Assembly (NCBI GenBank): GCA_043799545.1
Contig: JAZDNO010000004.1
Span: 32,001 to 96,000 of the forward strand
DNA length: 64,000 bases
Direction: 5' to 3'
From: Methanobacteriota archaeon
GTDB taxonomy: Archaea > Thermoplasmatota > Thermoplasmata > SG8-5 > DAIRED01
A program made the position numbers and the translations under genes. Of this stretch, positions 20,036-28,872 are shown piece after piece (positions within the stretch are counted from its first letter, which is position 1; every line of letters begins with the position of its first letter). A model generated the notes under the pieces. That model was not told the DNA's origin, did no database searches, and saw only the letters and a list, made by a program, of their open reading frames with translations.

Positions 20036-20724
20036 CCGTCCTTTCCAAGGAGGAGATGGTGCGCAGGATTGAGGCGCGGAAGACTCCGGTCCTCGACGAC
20101 GTCAGGAAGCTGAGGAAAAAGCTGTCGAACTGGAACGATTACTACTACAAGGCAATCATGGAGCTTTCGAAGGAAAAATACTTCTTCGAGACATGGATGG
20201 TAATCAACTGGATAGGGCTGGAGATGGCTCCTAAGCGCGTGCTGGAAATCGGCACGCGCAACGGAGGCTCGCTCGTCGCCCTTCTGCGCCCTTACAAGGA
20301 TTATTCCGGCGTGAAAGTGGAGAGTTTCGACATCTGGCACGACCCGATGCTGAGTGTGAACCGAGGCTCGCCGAAGAAGGTCAAGTCGAACCTGGAGCAC
20401 ATGGGCATCCCGACCTCGATGATAGAGTTCCACAGCGGGGATTCGACAGTGACCGTCCCGCAGTTCTTCAAGGAGCACCCCGAAGCGAAGTTCGACTACG
20501 TGCTGGTCGACGGGGGGCACGACAAGGACACAGCCGCATCGGACCTCAGGAACGTGGAGAACTCGGTTGCGCCGGGGGGCGTGCTGGTCTTCGACGACAT
20601 CTCCGAGGAATCGTATGGGCTCTTGCCAGTCTGGGAAGGGTTCAAGGCCAGGAACGGTGACAAATTCAGATACTTCGAGGTCATGCACAGAAAGGGGATT
20701 GCGTGGGCCTTCAGAAGGTTCTGA
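20023..20724 (+). CDS. Class I SAM-dependent methyltransferase (Methyltransf_24-like)
   Basis: VLEIGTRNGGS; FDYVLVDGGH; LVFDD; overlaps the acyltransferase stop. Confidence 0.8.
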   Translation: MEPIAVLSKEEMVRRIEARKTPVLDDVRKLRKKLSNWNDYYYKAIMELSKEKYFFETWMVINWIGLEMAPKRVLEIGTRNGGSLVALLRPYKDYSGVKVESFDIWHDPMLSVNRGSPKKVKSNLEHMGIPTSMIEFHSGDSTVTVPQFFKEHPEAKFDYVLVDGGHDKDTAASDLRNVENSVAPGGVLVFDDISEESYGLLPVWEGFKARNGDKFRYFEVMHRKGIAWAFRRF

Positions 20725-20754
20725 CGAAGAATCAGTCCTTTTCGGGCTCGCCCG

Positions 20755-21000
20755 TCATTTGTATTGCTGGCATCTGTGGCAGAACCACCGCTGGTATTGG
20801 GGCATGAACTGCAGCGGCGCTCCGCAGTGGTTGCATGCGGGAGGGGGAGGCGTGACCTCGGCTCCCAGTCCGGCAAACAAGTTGTCTACCGCGTCCCTCG
20901 GCGCGGGGTAATACCTCTGGCAGGCGTGGCAGAAATACTGGCCGTAGGCCGGAACCCAGTCCATGGGGCGGTTGCAGACGGGGCAGCCGTAGTACGCCAC
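20755..21000 (-). CDS. 81-aa protein of two tandem Zn-ribbon repeats
   Basis: CPVC...FCHACQRY and CNHC...FCHRCQQY. Confidence 0.7.
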   Translation of the reverse strand: MAYYGCPVCNRPMDWVPAYGQYFCHACQRYYPAPRDAVDNLFAGLGAEVTPPPPACNHCGAPLQFMPQYQRWFCHRCQQYK

Positions 21001-21084
21001 GAATCAAATATCGCTGGCGAGGTATAAGGATTTTTCTCAATAATTCGAGAAGCGGTTCGCACAACTGAAAAATGTTCAAGGTTT

Positions 21085-21180
21085 TCAGGTGTTCTTGAAC
21101 CGCCTCGTTCTCAGGTTCCTCGTGGCCTCGGCCGCGATGAGCGCGTATTCGAACGTCGTTTGCACCTCCGTATTACCCAA
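21085..21180 (-). CDS. Possible 31-aa microprotein (MGNTEVQTTFEYALIAAEATRNLRTRRFKNT)
   Basis: TTG start about 20 nt after a TTATA-like box; most codons end in G/C like host genes; not in the ORF track. Confidence 0.3.
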   Translation of the reverse strand: MGNTEVQTTFEYALIAAEATRNLRTRRFKNT

Positions 21181-21322
21181 TGCGCGGTCACGGGGTATAA
21201 GCGAAGTGAAAAGGAGTGGGCGAAAAGTGGCCATTTCAAGATTCCATGCAAATACTTGAATCCGGTCCAGCCGCTTGCGGGACTACGGTTAAATATCCCG
21301 CCTGTCATCGGCCTACCATAAC

Positions 21323-21694
21323 ATGGACTCCCCCTGCCTGCGCCACGGATGCACCGAGTGCTGCAAGAACACGGAGATGCTGCTCTCGAACGAGGACATC
21401 GAGCGCCTCGCCAGGGCGGGCTTCCATCGGAGCTATTTCGCGCGCGAAATCAACGGCTGGCTTGAGCTCAAGAATGTCAACGGGAGGTGCGCCTTCAACG
21501 ACGGCGGGAAGTGCCTGGTCTACGAGGACCGCCCGGAAGGGTGCAGGAGCTACCCGGTCGTACACGTTGGCGGTCACGCGGTCCTTGACGGGGACTGCCC
21601 TCACAAGGCAGAGTTCGAAATAATGCCCGGGGACGAGGAGAGCCTTTTGGCGCTGGTGGCGAAGCTGAAAAGCGAACGCCGCAAGACGAAATGA
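21323..21694 (+). CDS. YkgJ family cysteine-cluster protein
   Basis: CLRHGCTECC; CAF....CLVYEDRPEGCRSYP. Confidence 0.85.
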   Translation: MDSPCLRHGCTECCKNTEMLLSNEDIERLARAGFHRSYFAREINGWLELKNVNGRCAFNDGGKCLVYEDRPEGCRSYPVVHVGGHAVLDGDCPHKAEFEIMPGDEESLLALVAKLKSERRKTK

Positions 21695-21701
21695 CGAATT
21701 C

Positions 21702-22733
21702 ATGGAGCACAGGGCGCCAACGCACCGCAACATCTTTATCCGCTCCGTGCAATCCAACTCCGTGAAGCAGGGCCATGCTATTACAGTGGGAGCGACTCTG
21801 ACAGTGTTATTAATCTTAGTAGGGGCGGCGGTCCTGAATGGCCTGGTCGAGCGCCCGAACATCCCGGACAACGCAGACCGCCTCGCCGCGATACCTTCGG
21901 GAAGCCACAAGTGGTCGCCCGGCGAGGACAACTACCCGCCCGTGATGCTCGAAAACGGCTGGACCGAGCCTGTGCCGCTGCCTGGTCCAATCAACACCGC
22001 TGGCGCGGAGGACTCCCCGTTCGCGTCGGGAAACCGCCTCTTCTTCTTCTTCACGCCGGACATGAACATCCCCCTCACCGACCAGGCCGTCGACGGCATG
22101 ACAGGCATATGGTGGAGCGAGCGCGCCGGGGACGGCTGGACCGAGCCGAAGCGCGCCTACTTAGGCTCATTCGAGTGCCTGGACGGCGCGGAATGCGTGC
22201 GGGGGGACGAGATGTGGTTCGGCTCCGTGCGCAAGGGCAACCTGGGCGAAATCGACATCTACGCCGCAGATTACGACGGGAGCGGGTGGAGGAACATACG
22301 GAACGCGGGCGAGCGCCTGAATGTCGAGCTTGACATTGGCGAGTTCCACATATGGGGAGACGAGCTTTACTTCGCTGCCAACCGCACAGGCACAAAAGGA
22401 GGGCTGGACATCTGGATGTGCGAGCGCGAGGGCGACGGCTGGTCCGACCCGGTGAACGTTGGCTCGCCCAACAGCGCCATGGACGAGAACCAGCCTTTCG
22501 TCAGCGACGGCGGTAAGGAGTTGTGGTTCACGAAATGGGGCTCGCGCGCGGGGCCGTCGTGCTACCGCTGCCTGCGCCAGCCGAGCGGCGAATGGGGCGC
22601 CCCGGTGGAAATCGCCGCAAATTTTGCGGGCGAGCCCACGCTGGATTCCGAAGGCAATCTGTATTTCGTCCACCATTTCCTCGAGGACGGGGAGATATTC
22701 GAGGCGGACATCTACGTCGCCTACAGAAGTTGA
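21702..22733 (+). CDS. Secreted/membrane-anchored protein with PD40/TolB-like beta-propeller repeats
   Basis: N-terminal hydrophobic helix; repeated NxxxxEDSPF / GW..P.NVG / DENQPF / DIW motifs; exact start uncertain. Confidence 0.65.
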   Translation: MEHRAPTHRNIFIRSVQSNSVKQGHAITVGATLTVLLILVGAAVLNGLVERPNIPDNADRLAAIPSGSHKWSPGEDNYPPVMLENGWTEPVPLPGPINTAGAEDSPFASGNRLFFFFTPDMNIPLTDQAVDGMTGIWWSERAGDGWTEPKRAYLGSFECLDGAECVRGDEMWFGSVRKGNLGEIDIYAADYDGSGWRNIRNAGERLNVELDIGEFHIWGDELYFAANRTGTKGGLDIWMCEREGDGWSDPVNVGSPNSAMDENQPFVSDGGKELWFTKWGSRAGPSCYRCLRQPSGEWGAPVEIAANFAGEPTLDSEGNLYFVHHFLEDGEIFEADIYVAYRS

Positions 22734-22854
22734 CTCTTGGATTGGTCCAGGCAAACAAATGCGCCTCGGTTAGGTGAAATCTGGCTGCGTGACGCGTTCG
22801 TGCCATCCGCGAACGGGCCGAAGCATCCCGAAAGGTTATTTACGGCAGACCCGC

Positions 22855-25743
22855 ATGTACAGACGTGATGTGGAATTGGGGGAGCCAACTCTAGTCGGCC
22901 GGGGATTGGAACTCGGGGAACTGATGGTGGGCTTGCATGCAGCCATAAAGGGCGGCGGGGCATCCATCCTGGTATCGGGCGAGCCCGGAATTGGCAAGTC
23001 GAAACTCGTCGCCGAGGTTGTGCGCGCTGCCGAGGGCATGAACGTCCGGGTTTTGTCAGGCGCTGCGGCTTCAGGTTCGATGCAGCCATTCCAAGTGTTC
23101 TCCAAGGCATTTGGTAGAGAAGTGCTCGGCGACCTCGAGCGCGTCTCATTCGAACAGGCGATGGCCGCCGACCGCACTGGAGCCCTGCTTGCAAAGCACG
23201 GCTCCGAAGAGAACCTCGGGGCATTTGCCGGGATGCTCTCCGCCGTCCAGAGTTTCATCAAGGATTCTTTCGCAGGTTCGGACGGCGCCCTCGGTAGGTT
23301 GGAGTACGGGGAATACAGGATACTCGTCGAACACGAGGAAAACCTGTTCCTCGCGGCGATGTTCAGGGGGAACGAGCACCCGGACATGCGGCGGAAGCTG
23401 AAAGCCTCGGCCCAACGCATCGAAAGAACATTCAGCTTGGTCATAGAGGCGGGTGGGGACGACGCCGACGTTGCGCCGATGGTACACGAGCTGGAGTCCC
23501 TCGCCTCTGAGAAATTCCTGGTCAGGAGGGATTTCGGAGGTTTGAAGTTCGAAAGCGAGAGGCTGAAGGTGGCGGATGGAATACTGGATTCCCTCAATAA
23601 AGCAGCTGGAGGAGGCTCGTTGCTGGTCTTGCTAGAGGACTTGCACTGGGCGGATGAGTCGTCACTCTTCGCGCTGGTCCACATCGCGAGAAACCTCGTG
23701 GGAAAAAAAATCCTCCTCATCGGGACATTCAGGCCCGGGGAGAGCGAGGAGATGGAACTCGCGTCGGAGCGCATCCGCGAGGAGGGCACGGTGAAGGCAA
23801 TCCATCTCGCGAAGATGGGAGCGGAGGATGTTGCGAAACTCGCCATCGGCATCTACGAGCCTAACGATTTTCCGAGCGAATTCCTCGGGCGCCTGGCGGA
23901 CCAATGCTCCGGGAACCCGCTCTTCGTCATTGAGACGCTGAGGCAAATGGGCTCGGAGGGCGGAATAGGGCGTAAGGGCGAATGCTTCTCGCTACTCAAG
24001 GAAGATTACTCGGTCCCTGCGAGCGTAGAGGGGATTGTGGAGAGAAGGCTGGAGAGCCTCGAGCCCGATGCGATGGCCATGGCGGAATATGCCTCGTGCG
24101 CCGGACGGGAGTTCGAGACCGGCGCAGCCAAGTCGCTGAAATCCATGGTCGACCCCGAAGCGGCGCTGGACAAGCTTCGAACGTCCGGGATTGTAGGTGT
24201 GACCAATGGCAAGGCGGAGTTCGCGCACGCACTGTTCCAGGACATAGTCTACAAGAGCATTGACGCGAGATGGAAGTCAGCGTACCACAAAAGCCTCGGG
24301 GAACATTACGAATCGGTTAGCGGCGCCGGGGCGGAAGAGCATGCGTACGAGCTAGCCAGGCATTTCTCGAAAACGAGCGAGCATTCGAAGGCGTTCGCAT
24401 ATTGCAGCATGGCTGGAGAAAAGGCAGAGAGCGTCTTCGCAGCCAGTGAGGCTTTACGATTCTATGGCGACGCCTTGAGGTTCGCATCGAAAATACCAGC
24501 TGGCGCGGGCGATGCGGAAGCGGGAATCCACGAGCGTCTCGCTGATATTCGCAATCTGGTCGGCGAGTTCGAAGCCGCATTGGTGGATTACGCAAAGGCT
24601 TTAGAAAAAACCAGCAGCGACCCCAGGAAGGCGGACATCCATCGGAGAATCGCGGAAGTGCATATCAAGATGGGCGAGAGCCAGAAAGGCAGCGATGAGT
24701 ACGAGATGGGCATCGCGTTAATTGGCGATGAGGAGTGTGTCGAGCGAGCCAGGCTGCTTCTCGTTCAGGGCACAAACCACAGCAAGGTCGGTGATTACGG
24801 CAAGGCGGGTGCGTACTTCGAAGAAGGGATGCGCGTGGCCGGCAAGCTCGGCATGGAAAAGGAGATTGCGCTGGCCAATCACAACATCGGCGTGTCCGAT
24901 TGGCAGAGGGGTGAATACGACGCAGCCGAGGAGCACTTGACGGAGGCCATTGCCATCCGAAAGAGGATAAGCGACGTTCCGGGCCTGGCCGAATCCACAC
25001 TGAACCTGGGCACCGTGCACCATCTAAAAGGTGACCTGGACAAGGCGCTGGTATTCAAGAACGAGGGTCTCGCCATTTACACAAAGCTGGGGGACAAGAC
25101 GGGCATCGCCAAGGCGCTCAACAATATAGGGATAGCATTCGACGACAAAGGAGACATAGACAAGAGCCTGGAATACTACGAGAAGAGCTTGGCCATACGC
25201 AAGCAGATAGGGGACGTGCATGGCCAGGCGACGGGCTACCATAACTTGGGCGTGGCCTACAACGGAAAGGGGGACATGGAGAAGGCAATCGCCTATTTCG
25301 AGAAGGCGCTCGAGGCGAACCGCCGCATCGGCTCCAAGCATGGCATGGCATACGATTATTGCAGCCTGGCCGAGGCGCACTTCGCTGTCGGTGAAGATGA
25401 AAAGGGGGCGCAGGGCGCCAGGAGCGGCCTGGAGCTTTCTGTGGAAATTGGGGCGAAGAGCGAGGAGGGATGGGCGAGGCGCAACGTCGCCAGGGGGTTG
25501 TGGAGAGCGGCCCGATGGGACGAGGCGAAGATGGAACTGGACAAGGCGCTCGTCATTTTCGAGGAGGCGGGAGAGACTGAGGAGATTCTGAAGACATTTT
25601 ACGAGCTCGGAAATTACTGGAGGGACAAGGGAGACCCCGGCGCTGCTAAAAAGCATTATGATAAGGCGCTGGAAGAATTCGATAAACTCGGCCTGATTAA
25701 AAATGCGACAATGGTCAGAGAAGCGCTCGCGCAACTCGAATGA
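22855..25743 (+). CDS. STAND-type ATPase (AAA_16-like) with an inserted roadblock/longin-like domain and C-terminal TPR array
   Basis: LVGRGLEL; Walker A GEPGIGKS; Walker B LLEDLHWAD; SGNPLF; many TPR-like repeats (ALNNIG...GDIDKSLEYYEKSLAI). Confidence 0.85.
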   Translation: MYRRDVELGEPTLVGRGLELGELMVGLHAAIKGGGASILVSGEPGIGKSKLVAEVVRAAEGMNVRVLSGAAASGSMQPFQVFSKAFGREVLGDLERVSFEQAMAADRTGALLAKHGSEENLGAFAGMLSAVQSFIKDSFAGSDGALGRLEYGEYRILVEHEENLFLAAMFRGNEHPDMRRKLKASAQRIERTFSLVIEAGGDDADVAPMVHELESLASEKFLVRRDFGGLKFESERLKVADGILDSLNKAAGGGSLLVLLEDLHWADESSLFALVHIARNLVGKKILLIGTFRPGESEEMELASERIREEGTVKAIHLAKMGAEDVAKLAIGIYEPNDFPSEFLGRLADQCSGNPLFVIETLRQMGSEGGIGRKGECFSLLKEDYSVPASVEGIVERRLESLEPDAMAMAEYASCAGREFETGAAKSLKSMVDPEAALDKLRTSGIVGVTNGKAEFAHALFQDIVYKSIDARWKSAYHKSLGEHYESVSGAGAEEHAYELARHFSKTSEHSKAFAYCSMAGEKAESVFAASEALRFYGDALRFASKIPAGAGDAEAGIHERLADIRNLVGEFEAALVDYAKALEKTSSDPRKADIHRRIAEVHIKMGESQKGSDEYEMGIALIGDEECVERARLLLVQGTNHSKVGDYGKAGAYFEEGMRVAGKLGMEKEIALANHNIGVSDWQRGEYDAAEEHLTEAIAIRKRISDVPGLAESTLNLGTVHHLKGDLDKALVFKNEGLAIYTKLGDKTGIAKALNNIGIAFDDKGDIDKSLEYYEKSLAIRKQIGDVHGQATGYHNLGVAYNGKGDMEKAIAYFEKALEANRRIGSKHGMAYDYCSLAEAHFAVGEDEKGAQGARSGLELSVEIGAKSEEGWARRNVARGLWRAARWDEAKMELDKALVIFEEAGETEEILKTFYELGNYWRDKGDPGAAKKHYDKALEEFDKLGLIKNATMVREALAQLE

Positions 25744-25797
25744 CCCTGACAAGTTGCCTAAATAACAATTAAATACATACATCCGCATCCAAGGCTC

Positions 25798-26940
25798 ATG
25801 GCTGCAGGGGGAGCCGCGGAGATCTTGGAACGGGCTAGGGTAGCCTTTAGGGAGCTCCGGTACGACGACGCCGAGAAGCTGTGCAAAGAGGCGCTCACTG
25901 CCGCAGACAAGGGGATGAGCGGCAACGACGCGAAAAGGATGCGCGCCGAGATATTCTCGATGCTGGCGGACATAAAAAACCTCAAGGGCGCCTGGATAGA
26001 TTCGATGTTTTATCAGGACAGCGTCACGAGGACGTGGTTCGAGTTGGGCAACAACAAGAAAGGCACGGAGAGCCTTATCAAGGCGGCGATGACCTTGACC
26101 AGGAAGGGAAAGCAGGTCGAGGCGCTGGCGGCTTTCAAGAAGGCGCAGGAAATCTCCAGGAAGCACGGGAATCAGCCACTCCTCGGGAGGGCTCTCTTCG
26201 GCACTGGCTCGGTTTGCTGGAGGCAGGGCAAGTACGGGGAGGCGTTTCAGATGGCAGAACAGGCCGCGAACATAGGCAAGAAGGAGGTCGATTACGAGCT
26301 CCTGGGGCTCGCGCTCGGATTGCTGGCGGTCGTGCGCAGCGACCAGGGCGAATACAAGGAATCGATCGCCAAGTACAAGCTTGCCATCGAAGCGCTCGAG
26401 AAGACGGACAACCACTACGACCTGGCCAGAAACCTGAGCAACCTGGGCGAAACTTACATGACCCAGAACGATTTCAAAGAGGCTATCAAGGTTCTTGACA
26501 AGGCCCGCAAGATAGCGGAGCAGCACCAGAACAAGCGCACGCTGGGGCACATCTTGAACAACCTGGCGGTCTGCCATGTCAAAAGCGGTGACGCCGAGGC
26601 GGCTAAGAAATTTGCAACCCTCTCCGGCCAGGCACTCGAAAACGTCGAGGACAAGTACGCGAAGGCGAATCTCCAGACGGCGTGGGGAATAATTCACGCC
26701 AGCCAGGGAGAGCACGCCAAGTCCGAAGGGTGCTTCGAGAAGGGGACTCAGATGATGATGGAGCTAGGAATTCCTTACGACACCGGGGTAGTCCTACTCG
26801 AGCACGGGCGCGTTTTAATCAAGCAGGAGAAGACAGAAGAAGCCAAATCCGTCATCCGGCTGGCCATCGGCGCTTTCGACGAGGCGGGCGCCAAGGCGAT
26901 GAGGTTGATGGCCGAGAACGAGTTGAAGAGCATCAAATAG
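25798..26940 (+). CDS. Tetratricopeptide-repeat protein
   Basis: All-helical repeats (LARNLSNLGETY, LGHILNNLAV); 54 nt downstream of the STAND gene, same strand. Confidence 0.85.
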   Translation: MAAGGAAEILERARVAFRELRYDDAEKLCKEALTAADKGMSGNDAKRMRAEIFSMLADIKNLKGAWIDSMFYQDSVTRTWFELGNNKKGTESLIKAAMTLTRKGKQVEALAAFKKAQEISRKHGNQPLLGRALFGTGSVCWRQGKYGEAFQMAEQAANIGKKEVDYELLGLALGLLAVVRSDQGEYKESIAKYKLAIEALEKTDNHYDLARNLSNLGETYMTQNDFKEAIKVLDKARKIAEQHQNKRTLGHILNNLAVCHVKSGDAEAAKKFATLSGQALENVEDKYAKANLQTAWGIIHASQGEHAKSEGCFEKGTQMMMELGIPYDTGVVLLEHGRVLIKQEKTEEAKSVIRLAIGAFDEAGAKAMRLMAENELKSIK

Positions 26941-26974
26941 GCAAAAACGGCCCAACGGACTTTTTCAGGTGGGG

Positions 26975-27109
26975 TTATCGGTCATTGGGCAAAGCGCTCG
27001 CTGTCATCTCCGCTCCGCATGCCCAGCAGCGGGCCATCGTTTTGAACACCTGGGCCCTGCAGTTGAGGCATTCCAGCCACTCGCGGGAACTGGTCCCGGG
27101 CCGCCTCAT
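26975..27109 (-). CDS. 44-aa Zn-ribbon microprotein (not in ORF track)
   Basis: MRRPGTSSREWLECLNCRAQVFKTMARCWACGAEMTASALPNDR; paralogous to 28444-28608. Confidence 0.7.
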   Translation of the reverse strand: MRRPGTSSREWLECLNCRAQVFKTMARCWACGAEMTASALPNDR

Positions 27110-27379
27110 GGCGACCTTATTATTGTTATCCACGGGAAGGCAACCGCCGTGGATTTTATAAACCCCGCTGCGCCCGTATCAAAAGCGATAACGACGGATT
27201 TAAATAGAGGCTTTACCATCAAATTCCCAGCAGGAGGTTCTCTCATGATGGTGGCAACCGAGTCCAAAGAAGCAATCCTGCGCCGAGTTCCGGGCGCGCC
27301 TTAGGCAGCGGGCGAGCCGGAGCTGAATTTTTATTCAAATAACGAAATATATTTATGCCAGCATCCCGAATCCCCCGAC

Positions 27380-28447
27380 ATGGATTTGGCATCCTTAGGT
27401 TGGAGCCCCTTCTTCGAGGAGGCGTTCAAAGCGCACGACGGCGAGGGCTTCGTCCCGGCGAGGATTACGGGGCGCCAGGGCAACCTCTACATAGCTCTGG
27501 CCGGGTGTGGCGAGACGAGGGGCAAGGTCTCGGGGCGTCTGCGATACGAGTGCGCAAACGGCGCAAGCTTCCCGGTCGTCGGGGACTGGGTCGCAGTCAA
27601 GGCGAATCCCGAAACGGGGCTGATGACAATCCACGCCCTCCTCCCGCGCCGCACGAAGTTCGAGCGCGCGGATTACAACGGGGGCGCGTACATCGGCGAC
27701 CAGACGGTGAGCGCCAACGTGGACGTGATAATTGTCGTCGCTTCCCTGGACCAGGAGGTCAACGAAAATCGCATAGTGCGGTACCTGGCGCAGGGCTCGG
27801 CTTCCGGTGCGAAGACGATTCTCGTCCTCAATAAATCGGACCTTAGCGAGGATGCTTGTGAAGCGATGAACGCCGCCATGAAGGCCGCCAGGGGGGCGCG
27901 CATTGTGCTAACCAGCGCTGTCACGGGCGCGGGCATCCCCGAACTCGCCGAACTGATTGGTCCGGGCGTGACGGGCTCGATGGTCGGCCCGTCCGGCTCT
28001 GGCAAGTCATCCATCATCAACTCCCTCCTTGGCGAGGGAAGGCTGAAAACCGGCGGCGTGCGCGGCGGGGACTTCAAAGGACGCCACACAACGACGTGGA
28101 GGGAGCTGGTCATCCTGCCAAGCGGCGGGATGCTCATCGACAACCCAGGGATGCGGAGCATCGGCGTCACGGGGGACGAGGGGCTGGTGGCGGCGGCGTT
28201 TGAGGATGTGGAGTCGCTCATCGCGTTGTGCAAGTTCCGCGACTGCCAGCACCGGACGGAGCCAGGGTGCGCGGTCAAGGCTGCGATTGCGGACGGGCAT
28301 CTGGCCGAGGAACGGTTCGAGAACTACAAGCGGCTGCAAAGGGAGCTTTGGATAATCTCAGTGAAGAAAAGCCAGCGCTCGAGGCAAGGAGCTGCGCTTT
28401 CGAAGGCGATAAAGCGGAGGCAGAAGGCCGAGAAGCTGGTACTCTAG
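27380..28447 (+). CDS. rsgA: Ribosome small subunit-dependent GTPase A (bacterial type)
   Basis: OB-fold N-terminus (VVGDWV); permuted G motifs NKSD, GPSGSGKS, HTTT, DNPG; Zn finger CKFRDCQHRTEPGC. Confidence 0.93.
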   Translation: MDLASLGWSPFFEEAFKAHDGEGFVPARITGRQGNLYIALAGCGETRGKVSGRLRYECANGASFPVVGDWVAVKANPETGLMTIHALLPRRTKFERADYNGGAYIGDQTVSANVDVIIVVASLDQEVNENRIVRYLAQGSASGAKTILVLNKSDLSEDACEAMNAAMKAARGARIVLTSAVTGAGIPELAELIGPGVTGSMVGPSGSGKSSIINSLLGEGRLKTGGVRGGDFKGRHTTTWRELVILPSGGMLIDNPGMRSIGVTGDEGLVAAAFEDVESLIALCKFRDCQHRTEPGCAVKAAIADGHLAEERFENYKRLQRELWIISVKKSQRSRQGAALSKAIKRRQKAEKLVL

Positions 28448-28608
28448 AACCTCACGGCCGAGCTGTTCTTCTCCGTCATCGGAGCCCCGCAGGACCAGCA
28501 GGTGTCGAAGGTCGAGAACATCGTCGAACGGCACTTGCGGCATTCTATCCACATCCTTCCGCTTCCCCTCGTCTTGACTGGTGAGCCGAACTCTTCTTCG
28601 TCGTACAT
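28444..28608 (-). CDS. 54-aa Zn-ribbon microprotein (not in ORF track)
   Basis: MYDEEEFGSPVKTRGSGRMWIECRKCRSTMFSTFDTCWSCGAPMTEKNSSAVRF; GATATATC box about 25 nt upstream. Confidence 0.7.
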   Translation of the reverse strand: MYDEEEFGSPVKTRGSGRMWIECRKCRSTMFSTFDTCWSCGAPMTEKNSSAVRF

Positions 28609-28668
28609 GAGGTCTCGGACGGCGTGACGGATATATCAACGGTCTGGAGTGAAAATCATCTGCGATAA

Positions 28669-28794
28669 CTAGACTGCGAACACGACGTTCCTGCCGTCCA
28701 TCTCGGCCCCGCAGGTGCACCGCCTCGCGTCGAGCGGGAGTAACGCCCGGCACTTTCTGCATTTTATTCTCTCGCGGCAGAGCATGGCCGACAT
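28669..28794 (-). CDS. 41-aa Zn-ribbon microprotein (not in ORF track)
   Basis: MSAMLCRERIKCRKCRALLPLDARRCTCGAEMDGRNVVFAV. Confidence 0.6.
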   Translation of the reverse strand: MSAMLCRERIKCRKCRALLPLDARRCTCGAEMDGRNVVFAV

Positions 28795-28872
28795 GCCTGT
28801 TGAATTGGCGGGAGGCGTATTCAACCCGCGCATCCGGCTATCATTCGCGATAGCTTTCCCCCTCAGTGGGCT

